From assembly GCA_002393725.1 (NCBI GenBank), contig DGTJ01000096.1:952-64951 (forward strand): a stretch of 64,000 nucleotides of DNA. The letters are read 5' to 3'. Shown here piece after piece: positions 20,489-28,591 of the stretch; position 1 is the stretch's first letter, and the number at the start of each line of letters is the position of its first letter. The DNA comes from Prevotella sp. UBA4339 (GTDB lineage: Bacteria; Bacteroidota; Bacteroidia; Bacteroidales; Bacteroidaceae). Under the pieces are notes generated by a model that was not told where the DNA came from, ran no database searches, and saw only the letters and a program-made list of their open reading frames with translations. Position numbers and translations under genes: made by a program.

Positions 20489-23296
20489 ATGAAGAGATTT
20501 ATTGGTAGTATTATGCTGATGCTTGGTATTTCAGCCGTCAGCGCACAGCCATTGCCCCACGATGCGACAGTACGGAAGGGGAAACTGAAGAACGGAATGA
20601 CCTACTACATCCGTCACAACGCCAAGGAGGCAGGACTTGCCGACTTCTATATCGCCCAGCGAGTGGGCTCTATCCAGGAGGAGCCACGTCAGAGGGGTCT
20701 GGCTCACTTCCTTGAGCACATGGCATTCAACGGAACGAAGAATTTCCCTGGCAAGGGCAAGCGACTGGGCATCGTGCCTTGGTGCGAGACCATCGGAGTG
20801 AAGTTCGGTGCCAACCTCAATGCCTATACGTCGGTAGACCAGACGGTATATCATATCGGCTCTGCCCCGCTGAAGCGCGACGGTATCATCGACTCGTGCC
20901 TGCTGGTGCTCCACGACTGGAGCCACTATCTGTTGCTCGAGGAAGGAGAGATTGACAAGGAGCGCGGCGTGATACATGAGGAGTGGCGCACTCGCAGGGC
21001 AGGGCGCGCCGTGCAGCGACTGATGGAGCAGGCTATGCCGAAGATATACAAAGGCTCGAAGTACGAGGACTGCCTGCCTATCGGATCGATGGACATCGTG
21101 GACAATTTCCCTTACCAGGACCTGCGCGACTACTATCACAAATGGTATCGCCCCGACCTGCAGGCGATAATAGTGGTGGGCGACTTCGATGTCGACAAGA
21201 TGGAGAAGAAGATCAAGAAGACATTCTCCTCGATCCCGATGCCGAAGAACGCTGCGAAGAGAATCTACTATCCCGTGGCCGACAACGACACGATGATCGT
21301 TGCCATCGAGAAAGATGCCGAGCAGCCCATCGTGCTGTTCAACCTCTACCAGAAGCGTGACGCTACGCCCGACGAGCAGAAGAATGATGAGAAGTATCTT
21401 CGTGGCGACTATATCGACGGGCTCATCGGTTCGATGCTCAACGACCGCCTTGCCGAGCTGCGGCAGCAGGCTGTGCCTCCGTTCCAGAGTTCTACGGCGA
21501 GGGCATCGTCATTCTTCGTGAGCCGCACGAAGGAGGCCTTCTCACTGAGCGTGAGCTGCAAGCAGGACAATATCCTTGGAGGAATCATCACTGCCGTTGC
21601 CGTGACGGAGCGGGCTCGCCAGCACGGATTTACGGCCTCTGAGCTGGAGAGGGCCAAGAAGCTGTATCTTAATGCGGCAGAACGACGCTATAAGATGAAG
21701 GACGACTACCGCAACTCGCACTATGTGAACCAGTGCGTGCAGAACTTCCTCTCCGGCGAGCCTCTCATCTCGGCTGAGAAGAAACTGGAGAACGCGCAGA
21801 AGTTCGACCGCGAGGTGACCTTAGCCGAGGTGAATGCCGCAGTGAAGGAGCTTATCACCGACAAGAACCAGGTGGTGACGATGTACGCTCCCGACAAGGA
21901 GGGTTTCGACATCCCTACGGAGGCAGAGATCGAACAGGTGATACTCGCCACGCAGGCCTTCAGCTATGCGCCTTACTCAGAGCAGCAGCTTGCCACAGAA
22001 CTCATCAGCCAGTTGCCAAAGGCCGGCACTATCGTCAGCGAGAAACCCTGGAGGCACGGCTTCACAGAGCTGACACTGTCGAACGGGATGACCGTTTACA
22101 TGAAGAAGACCGACTACGAGGCTGATGCTGTGACGCTGAGCATGCAGGCCGACGGTGGAACATCGGTATACGGAGATGAGGACGTACCAAACTTCTCGCT
22201 GATTGCCAGCGGAGCGACGGAAGGTGGTGTAGGTCAGTTTGACGCCATCACCCTGCGCAAGATGCTGACGGGCAAGTCGGTGAGGGTGAGCCCATCAGTG
22301 GGGGCCAGGACGCAGGCCATCAGCGGAAGCTCGTCGGTGAAGGACATGAAGACGATGTTCCAGCTGGCATATCTCTACTTCACCCAGCCGCGCAGGGACA
22401 CCACTGCATTCAATGGACTCATCAACCGCACCCGCTCGTTCCTGGCCAACAGGAATGCATCGCCGCGCGTGGACTACAACGACTCTATCCGCGCCATTCT
22501 CTACGGCCACAATCCCCGTCTGGCTCCGATGACTCAGGCGAGGCTCGACATGACAAACTACGACCGCATACTCCAGATATACAAGGAGCGATTCAGTGAT
22601 GCCTCAAACTTCAAGACCGTCATCATCGGAAACTACGACGAGCAGGAGCTGCGACAGATGGTATGCCAGTATCTCGCCTCACTGCCCTCTACGGGCAAGA
22701 AGGAACAGGTGAACAAGGCGAACCTGGCGCAGATAGTGGGTGGCCAGTCAGTGCACAAGTTCACAAAGAAGATGGCCACGCCGCTGGCGAACGTAAGCAT
22801 CTACTATACTGCCGACGTGCCGTTCAGTCCGAAGAGTGACCTTGAACTCGACTTCCTCAAGCGCTGTCTCTCGATAGCTTACACCGACTCCGTACGCGAA
22901 GAGAAAGGTGGCACGTATGGCGTCAGCGTGAACTTCGACCTCGACAAGGACGACACTTCCAATGCCTTGCTACAGATATCCTACAATGCCGACCCGGAGC
23001 GATACACCGAGCTGAATCCTATCATCTACAAGCAGCTGCAGAACATCGCCGACCACGGCCCTGCCGCCTCGTCGCTGCAGAAGGTCAAGGAGTATCTCGT
23101 GAAGCAGTACGCACAGGTAGCCATTACCAACGACTACTGGAGCTACGTCATCTGGCACGAGATAGACGATGATGCCGACTTCGACCGTGACTACTGTAAG
23201 ATGGTGGGCGAGGTGACCGCCGCCGACGTACAGCGTATGGCGCAGAAGATGCTCGCCGCCAAGCGGTGCATAGAGGTGACGATGCTCTCAGAATAA
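20489..23296 (+). CDS. M16 family zinc peptidase (PqqL/insulinase-like)
   Basis: GLAHFLEHMAFNGT (HxxEH), NAYTS, ERGVIHEE, VREEKGGTYG; signal peptide. Confidence 0.93.
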   Translation: MKRFIGSIMLMLGISAVSAQPLPHDATVRKGKLKNGMTYYIRHNAKEAGLADFYIAQRVGSIQEEPRQRGLAHFLEHMAFNGTKNFPGKGKRLGIVPWCETIGVKFGANLNAYTSVDQTVYHIGSAPLKRDGIIDSCLLVLHDWSHYLLLEEGEIDKERGVIHEEWRTRRAGRAVQRLMEQAMPKIYKGSKYEDCLPIGSMDIVDNFPYQDLRDYYHKWYRPDLQAIIVVGDFDVDKMEKKIKKTFSSIPMPKNAAKRIYYPVADNDTMIVAIEKDAEQPIVLFNLYQKRDATPDEQKNDEKYLRGDYIDGLIGSMLNDRLAELRQQAVPPFQSSTARASSFFVSRTKEAFSLSVSCKQDNILGGIITAVAVTERARQHGFTASELERAKKLYLNAAERRYKMKDDYRNSHYVNQCVQNFLSGEPLISAEKKLENAQKFDREVTLAEVNAAVKELITDKNQVVTMYAPDKEGFDIPTEAEIEQVILATQAFSYAPYSEQQLATELISQLPKAGTIVSEKPWRHGFTELTLSNGMTVYMKKTDYEADAVTLSMQADGGTSVYGDEDVPNFSLIASGATEGGVGQFDAITLRKMLTGKSVRVSPSVGARTQAISGSSSVKDMKTMFQLAYLYFTQPRRDTTAFNGLINRTRSFLANRNASPRVDYNDSIRAILYGHNPRLAPMTQARLDMTNYDRILQIYKERFSDASNFKTVIIGNYDEQELRQMVCQYLASLPSTGKKEQVNKANLAQIVGGQSVHKFTKKMATPLANVSIYYTADVPFSPKSDLELDFLKRCLSIAYTDSVREEKGGTYGVSVNFDLDKDDTSNALLQISYNADPERYTELNPIIYKQLQNIADHGPAASSLQKVKEYLVKQYAQVAITNDYWSYVIWHEIDDDADFDRDYCKMVGEVTAADVQRMAQKMLAAKRCIEVTMLSE

Positions 23297-23326
23297 ACTT
23301 ACACTTCAGGGCACAGGCCATATAGG

Positions 23327-23359
23327 AGCGCAAAGGTTTTTATCCCTTTGCGCTTTTTT
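23327..23359 (+). terminator. Rho-independent terminator
   Basis: AGCGCAAAGG / CCTTTGCGCT 10-bp stem followed by a T tract. Confidence 0.8.
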
Positions 23360-23498
23360 GTTTCTGCGCAAGGATTGTATCCGTCATTTTGTCTCGGGAA
23401 TAAATAAGAAAATCAAGCTTTTATTTTGCATTTTGCCCGACTTTTTGTAACTTTGCCCCAGATATTCGATCGCTGACACGATAAAAATCATATAAATT

Positions 23499-24128
23499 AT
23501 GAATAAGAACGAGAAATTTGTCATCACCCTCAACCGCGAACTTGGTTCCGGCGGGCGCACCGTAGGCCGTAAACTGGCAGAGAAACTGAATGTGAAATAC
23601 TACGACAAGGCTCTCATCGAAGGCCTCACCAAGGAGTTCGGTCTGACTGTCGATGAGATTGAAAAAATCAAGGCTCAGAAGAAGTCATGGTGGAATGAGT
23701 TCAACAACTACTACAAGAAGCGCAATTCTACCACCCTTCCGATGGAGGCAGAGACCGTGCTCACCACCGAGTCGATGATGGCCACCGAGAAGCGCATCCT
23801 CCAGACCCTCGCCGAGGAGGAGTCGTGCGTCGTAGCCGGCAGGAGCGGATTCCTCGTGTTCCGCGACTGGCCCAACCACATGAACATCCTCATCCAGGCA
23901 TCGCTCAAGAAGCGCATCGAGCGCGTGATGGAGCGTCAGCATCTCAGCCGTGAGGAGGCCGAGGCAGTCATCGAGAAGGTAGACAAGGGGCGCGAGACGT
24001 TCATCCAGAAGTATGCCGACACATCGCGCTACGATGCCCGCAACTACGACCTTGTCATCAATATGGACACCCTCACCGAGGACGACGCCACAGACATCAT
24101 CCTGGCCTACATCGAGCGTAGCAGATAG
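23499..24128 (+). CDS. Cytidylate kinase-like family protein
   Basis: ITLNRELGSGGRTVG, CVVAGR, YDLVIN motifs. Confidence 0.88.
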   Translation: MNKNEKFVITLNRELGSGGRTVGRKLAEKLNVKYYDKALIEGLTKEFGLTVDEIEKIKAQKKSWWNEFNNYYKKRNSTTLPMEAETVLTTESMMATEKRILQTLAEEESCVVAGRSGFLVFRDWPNHMNILIQASLKKRIERVMERQHLSREEAEAVIEKVDKGRETFIQKYADTSRYDARNYDLVINMDTLTEDDATDIILAYIERSR

Positions 24129-24174
24129 GGCAGTGTATAAACAAGCGAGATGGGCATTTCCGACAGGACTAAGC

Positions 24175-25794
24175 TCATCGGTGCTCCCTGTAGCCAGGAT
24201 CTTTTAAATAGACTACATCTTTGCATAGCATCCCGATAGACGAATGATGAGTAATGAATAATATCGTCTTATCGGGATGTCTTGTGAACAGCCGCTGATA
24301 GAGTTCGCGCTCAGTATCTTCGTCGAGCGAACTGCTGATCTCGTCGAGCAGCAGGATATCCCCTCCGTGCAGCAGCCCGCGGGCTATGGCGATGCGCTGT
24401 GCCTGCCCTTCGCTCAGTCCGCTGCCCCGCTCGCCAAGCTCGGTGTCGAGCCCGTTGGGCAGGTCGAGTACAAAGTCGGCACATGCAGTATGCAGCGCCT
24501 CCCGCAGTTCTTCTTCAGTTGCATCGGGCTTGGCCAGCAGCAGGTTATAGCGGATGGTGCCGCTCATCAGGGTGTTGCCCTGCGGCACGAAGCACAGTTC
24601 TCCGCCCACCTCTGTCTCTCCGCTCGTGGGCTTGATAAATCCAAGCACGATGCGGAACAATGTCGTCTTGCCGATGCCCGTCTCGCCCATGATGGCGGTC
24701 TTCGACCCTGCTGCGAACTCATGTGTGAAGTGCGACAGAATCTCCCTGTCGCCCTTGGCATAGCGGAATGACACATCCCTGAATCGGATGCCCGGTGCGC
24801 AATGTGTCTGTACATTTGTCTCACTGCCCGGCGACACATCCGGACCGTCACCTTGTTCGAGCTCCTCCAGGCGGTCGATGCTTGCCGTAGCATGTATCAC
24901 GCCCGGCACCATGTTCAGCAGTTGTAGTATCGGATGCTGAATCATGCCCACCAGTTGCAGGAACGATGTCATCACTCCGAACGTTATCGTGCCGTTGCGC
25001 AGTCCGATGCCTCCCCATACGAATGCCATCAGATAGCCCAGTCCGAAGACGCAGCCAATGATGAGCCGCGTAATGACAGTGAATCTCATCCTCCTCATCA
25101 CGTTGCCCCGCAGGCGCCGCTGCATCGAGTCGAGTCTGCTCGTCACCCATTGCTCCGAGCCCAGCGAGCGCAGCACGGCATTATGCTCCATCCCCTCCTG
25201 CACCTGCATCTGTATCCGGCTCTCATCCTGACGGATGTCGAGCGTCATCTGCTTGAGCCTCTTGGCGATGAGCTTGCCGAAGACGATTGCCATCGGTGTC
25301 AGCAGTAGCAGCGCCCATGCCAGACGGGCATCAAACCAGCGCATCAGCAGGAACGCACCGCAGAGCTGTATCATCGTTATGACCATCTGTGGCAGCGTTT
25401 CGGTGCATACCTCCGCCACCTGCTCTATGTCCTTCGCCAGTCGCGAGGTGACGTCACCCGAGTGCAGTTCCTCACCGTCGTAAAGCTTTCTGCGGAACAG
25501 GCAGCTGAAGATACGCAGGCGCAGTGCGTTGGTCTGGCGCACACTGGCCGAGGTCGTCAGCCAGTAGCCCACCTGTCGCAGCACCACGCCGCCTACTACT
25601 GTCAGCACCAGCCAGCCCACCATCGTCAGCACGTCGTCAGCCGACCCCCTGCGTATGGTGTCATCGATGAACCGTCGGCTCAGCCATACCATCAGCAGTC
25701 CGAAAGCCACCTGTCCGATGCCTGTCACTACGCGCACCGCTGTGTTCCAGCGGATGCCGCGTGAGTTACGCCATAACCATGAGAGATATCTCAT
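24175..25794 (-). CDS. ABC transporter, fused permease/ATP-binding (exporter)
   Basis: TM domain; Walker A GETGIGKTT; LSEGQAQR signature; LLLDE; ATGA overlap with the PqqD gene. Confidence 0.92.
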   Translation of the reverse strand: MRYLSWLWRNSRGIRWNTAVRVVTGIGQVAFGLLMVWLSRRFIDDTIRRGSADDVLTMVGWLVLTVVGGVVLRQVGYWLTTSASVRQTNALRLRIFSCLFRRKLYDGEELHSGDVTSRLAKDIEQVAEVCTETLPQMVITMIQLCGAFLLMRWFDARLAWALLLLTPMAIVFGKLIAKRLKQMTLDIRQDESRIQMQVQEGMEHNAVLRSLGSEQWVTSRLDSMQRRLRGNVMRRMRFTVITRLIIGCVFGLGYLMAFVWGGIGLRNGTITFGVMTSFLQLVGMIQHPILQLLNMVPGVIHATASIDRLEELEQGDGPDVSPGSETNVQTHCAPGIRFRDVSFRYAKGDREILSHFTHEFAAGSKTAIMGETGIGKTTLFRIVLGFIKPTSGETEVGGELCFVPQGNTLMSGTIRYNLLLAKPDATEEELREALHTACADFVLDLPNGLDTELGERGSGLSEGQAQRIAIARGLLHGGDILLLDEISSSLDEDTERELYQRLFTRHPDKTILFITHHSSIGMLCKDVVYLKDPGYREHR

Positions 25795-26060
25795 TCCACT
25801 ACCTCGACCGACTTCCATTCGGCTATCATCTCAGCCACATCGGCCTTTGCCTCGCTTGCCGTCACGTCGAATTCCTCGCAGAGCCTCTCGGCCAGTGACT
25901 CTACCGTGAAGTCGCCCATCTCCTGAGCCTGCTTCCACAGCCACGCAGCCGTCTCGTTCAGAGCCAGCAGCTTTCCGAAGTTGATGGCATCGAGGCCCTC
26001 ACCGATAATCACGCGCTCGCCGCACACCTCGCGCAGCACAAATCCTTTCTTTATTCTCAT
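25791..26060 (-). CDS. PqqD family protein (RiPP recognition element, RRE)
   Basis: 89 aa; FVLREVCGE..LNETAAWLW..L..EFDV..A..DV pattern. Confidence 0.9.
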   Translation of the reverse strand: MRIKKGFVLREVCGERVIIGEGLDAINFGKLLALNETAAWLWKQAQEMGDFTVESLAERLCEEFDVTASEAKADVAEMIAEWKSVEVVE

Positions 26061-26488
26061 AATATTATCCTCTTATATATAGCTAAAAAGTATCTTCTTA
26101 CAGGACGCATGCGGAACCATATCCTTGCAGCCCGCACGCGCCATTTATTATATAGGTAATGTGTCCTCTCCTTCGAATCCACCACGTGCGTAGCGATGGC
26201 CCGTACGTCGCTGAGCGAGCAATGCTCCGTGCCTGCCAGATTGCCGTCGCCCATCAGTGTGACCCTCTCGCCTTCGATGCGTATTATCCGATGCACCACA
26301 TATCGGCAGCCTTCCACCCATGCCAGCACTATATCGCCCACCTGCGGTGCGACAGCCTTCTGCAGGATGACGCTCTCCCTGCCACCGATGATAAAGGGCA
26401 GCATACTGTTGCCATTCACGGGTAGTGTCACGCTCACCCCCTCGTCAGCCAGTCTGACGGCCTCCTCTATTATCTCGTTGTCGGTCAT
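26057..26488 (-). CDS. S24/S26 family peptidase
   Basis: GNSMLPFI, GDIVL, VVHRII, MGDGN motifs; ATGA overlap with the upstream gene. Confidence 0.85.
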   Translation of the reverse strand: MTDNEIIEEAVRLADEGVSVTLPVNGNSMLPFIIGGRESVILQKAVAPQVGDIVLAWVEGCRYVVHRIIRIEGERVTLMGDGNLAGTEHCSLSDVRAIATHVVDSKERTHYLYNKWRVRAARIWFRMRPVRRYFLAIYKRIIL

Positions 26489-27339
26489 AGTGTGATTGTT
26501 TCGTTGCACAGTCTTGCAGCCTCTTCGTCGGGCAGGCACTCCAGATGCCATACGGCTACCGTCGATGCCAGCGTGTTCTCCGTCAGGTGCAGTCCGTCGG
26601 CTATACGCTCATCCCAGCGCTTGCCGCTGATACTCTCCAGCAGGGCCACATACGCATGTATGCCACTCAGGCGATGTATCTTGTTATATGGTGCCTGACT
26701 CAGGAGGACGATACCTCCCAGTGGGTAGCTCACGTTGCGATAGCAGGGTGTCTTTCCGCTCCAGGGCGAGCCGTACACTGTCGCCTCAGCGTCCTTCCCG
26801 ATGCGTACCACAGGGTTGTCGTCGTTCACCAGGGCCGTGCCTGATATGTATCTCTGCCACAGGCTGGCGTGGGTACTCTTCCCCGTACCGCTTGGACCGA
26901 GGAACATATATCCCCGCCCCTCATAGCTCACTACCGCCGCGTGGAACAGCACCGTGCCATTGTCGGCCGTAGCCAGCGCAAACATTACCATCAGTGAGTT
27001 GTCGATAGCCATCTTCACATACTTGCCCGTCGTGATAAGCCGTCCCTTGCGATAGTCGGCAGAGCAGACGAGCCATCCTGCCGTTGCGCCCCACCAGATA
27101 AAGCCGAACACCGCTTCACCCTCAGCCGTATGTCCGCAGATGATCTCCTGTCCCTCCTCCTCTTGGCGCATTTCCTCTGAGTAGTCAGGTGCATCCCCAT
27201 CCTCTACGGCTATCTCAAACACTGTCTCACCGTCAGCACAGGCAAACGGCTCATAATTGGTCATCAGTGCAAGGATACTCTCCTCGCCACTGACGCAGAA
27301 CCGATGCCCTGCCACCTCGTAATATCTTGTCTCTCTCAT
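26485..27339 (-). CDS. HPr-kinase-like P-loop kinase (putative RiPP kinase)
   Basis: FHAAVV His motif, GPSGTGKSTH Walker A, NDD, GSPWSGK. Confidence 0.75.
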   Translation of the reverse strand: MRETRYYEVAGHRFCVSGEESILALMTNYEPFACADGETVFEIAVEDGDAPDYSEEMRQEEEGQEIICGHTAEGEAVFGFIWWGATAGWLVCSADYRKGRLITTGKYVKMAIDNSLMVMFALATADNGTVLFHAAVVSYEGRGYMFLGPSGTGKSTHASLWQRYISGTALVNDDNPVVRIGKDAEATVYGSPWSGKTPCYRNVSYPLGGIVLLSQAPYNKIHRLSGIHAYVALLESISGKRWDERIADGLHLTENTLASTVAVWHLECLPDEEAARLCNETITL

Positions 27340-27624
27340 CTTGGAATATCTCTTAGTGATAACGTCATGTACCTGATGCATATAGGCAGCGTCTTGACAA
27401 TAGCCATTCAGGACTGTAGCATCCGTCTCGTTGTCGTTTTTACGTTACGGGTGCAAAGATAGTGCAAAATTTCGATTAAACGAAGAGAATGCAAATATAT
27501 TTGTGTTCTTGAGTGGGAGAAATTTATTCAAATCGAGCGAAATACCAAAGGAAAACTTATTTTTCTTTGTATTTGCTTTACCAACGGTCGCTGTTTGCGT
27601 AGCGAGGTAAAGCAAATAAAAACA

Positions 27625-27743
27625 AAATGCGATTCTGAAGATTTTGATAAGATTAACAATCAAAATCGTGTATTTCGCTCGCAAATTCGTATCTTTGCAA
27701 CCGTAAACCCAAACATGTTAGGATTATGACAGCAATACAACTG
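27625..27743 (+). promoter_or_regulatory. TA promoter/operator block, copy 1
   Basis: GATTTTGAT-N10-ATCAAAATC palindrome, TATCTTTG -7 box at 27690-27697, ATGTTAGGATT before the ATG; near-identical to 39097-39213. Confidence 0.8.
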
Positions 27744-27971
27744 CGTGCGGAACTGTTCCGCGAGATGAGTCCGCTGCTCGACAGCGAGGCAGCGATGACA
27801 AAGGTGATAGCTTTTGTTAAAGGTTTGGTTATCGCCCAGAAAAAAGAGGCGGGCATCGCTCCCCGTGACGGATGGGCAGCAGCTGCTATGCAGGCCCACG
27901 CTGATGGTGAGGACAAACTGATGGCCGATGATGTGTTTGAGGACGAAAAGATGGAGGACTGGAAATGGTAA
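27726..27971 (+). CDS. Putative antitoxin (TA1)
   Basis: 81 aa; PRDGWA..D.LMADDVFEDE..W acidic tail typical of MazE-type partners; overlaps the toxin start. Confidence 0.75.
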   Translation: MTAIQLRAELFREMSPLLDSEAAMTKVIAFVKGLVIAQKKEAGIAPRDGWAAAAMQAHADGEDKLMADDVFEDEKMEDWKW

Positions 27972-28285
27972 GCCAGTTCGATGTCTATTGGGTTGACCTG
28001 AACCCCACCATCGGCGCAGAGATGCAGAAGATTCGCCCGTGCGTCATTGTCAGTCCCAAGGAACTGAACGACCACCTCGACACGGTGATTATCGTTCCCG
28101 TCACGTCGGCCATTCATGGCTATCCCTACCGCGTGCGTTGTCACATCATGGGTCGTGATGGCGAGATGGCCACCGACCAGATACGCACCATCGACAAACG
28201 TCGGCTGAAGAACCGAATCGCTACGCTTACTGCCGATGAGACAGAATCGCTGCAAGACGTGCTCCGGCAGATGTTTTGTGAGTAG
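27965..28285 (+). CDS. mazF: PemK/MazF family toxin (TA1)
   Basis: DVYWVDLNPTIGAEMQKIRPCVIVS, PVTS, DQIRTIDKRRL. Confidence 0.93.
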   Translation: MVSQFDVYWVDLNPTIGAEMQKIRPCVIVSPKELNDHLDTVIIVPVTSAIHGYPYRVRCHIMGRDGEMATDQIRTIDKRRLKNRIATLTADETESLQDVLRQMFCE

Positions 28286-28317
28286 CCCGCCCTGACAGTT
28301 CGTCATCAGCATGCACA

Positions 28318-28353
28318 TCATCCCCTGCCCGGCTTCGTGCCGGGCGGGGGATG
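28318..28353. terminator. Hairpin between TA1 and the convergent peptide gene
   Basis: CATCCCCTGCCCGGC-ttcgt-GCCGGGCGGGGGATG; same outer arms as the hairpin after TA2. Confidence 0.6.
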
Positions 28354-28369
28354 GTTGTGGTCTGTGGGG

Positions 28370-28528
28370 TTATCTCACGTCGCCATCGTAGTTCTCGTCG
28401 CTGCCTTCATAGTCGAAGGGGCCGCTGCTGCCGAGGGAACGTACTTCTTCGCCGCTGCCGGCGAGCAGGTGACTCTGATGTTGCAGCACGATGATGCGCT
28501 GCTCGGGTTTCATATACTTCTTTTTCAT
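28370..28528 (-). CDS. Putative RiPP precursor peptide 1 (52 aa)
   Basis: Translated by hand: MKKKYMKPEQRIIVLQHQSHLLAGSGEEVRSLGSSGPFDYEGSDENYDGDVR; YxxP leader; below the ORF-track size cutoff. Confidence 0.75.
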   Translation of the reverse strand: MKKKYMKPEQRIIVLQHQSHLLAGSGEEVRSLGSSGPFDYEGSDENYDGDVR

Positions 28529-28540
28529 TGTTCTCTATGG

Positions 28541-28585
28541 ATTTGTTGTTGTTTTTGTCTACGGACTTTTCGGACTTTTAGGACT
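28541..28585. repeat. 45-bp direct repeat, copy 1
   Basis: ATTTGTTGTTGTTTTTGTCTACGGACTTTTCGGACTTTTAGGACT; 43/45 identical to 33045-33089. Confidence 0.9.
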
Positions 28586-28591
28586 GTCTTC

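Noticed and set aside
24175..28528. Canonical lasso peptide or PQQ biosynthesis cluster
   Set aside because: No asparagine-synthetase-like cyclase, B2 protease or PqqB/C/E in the window.
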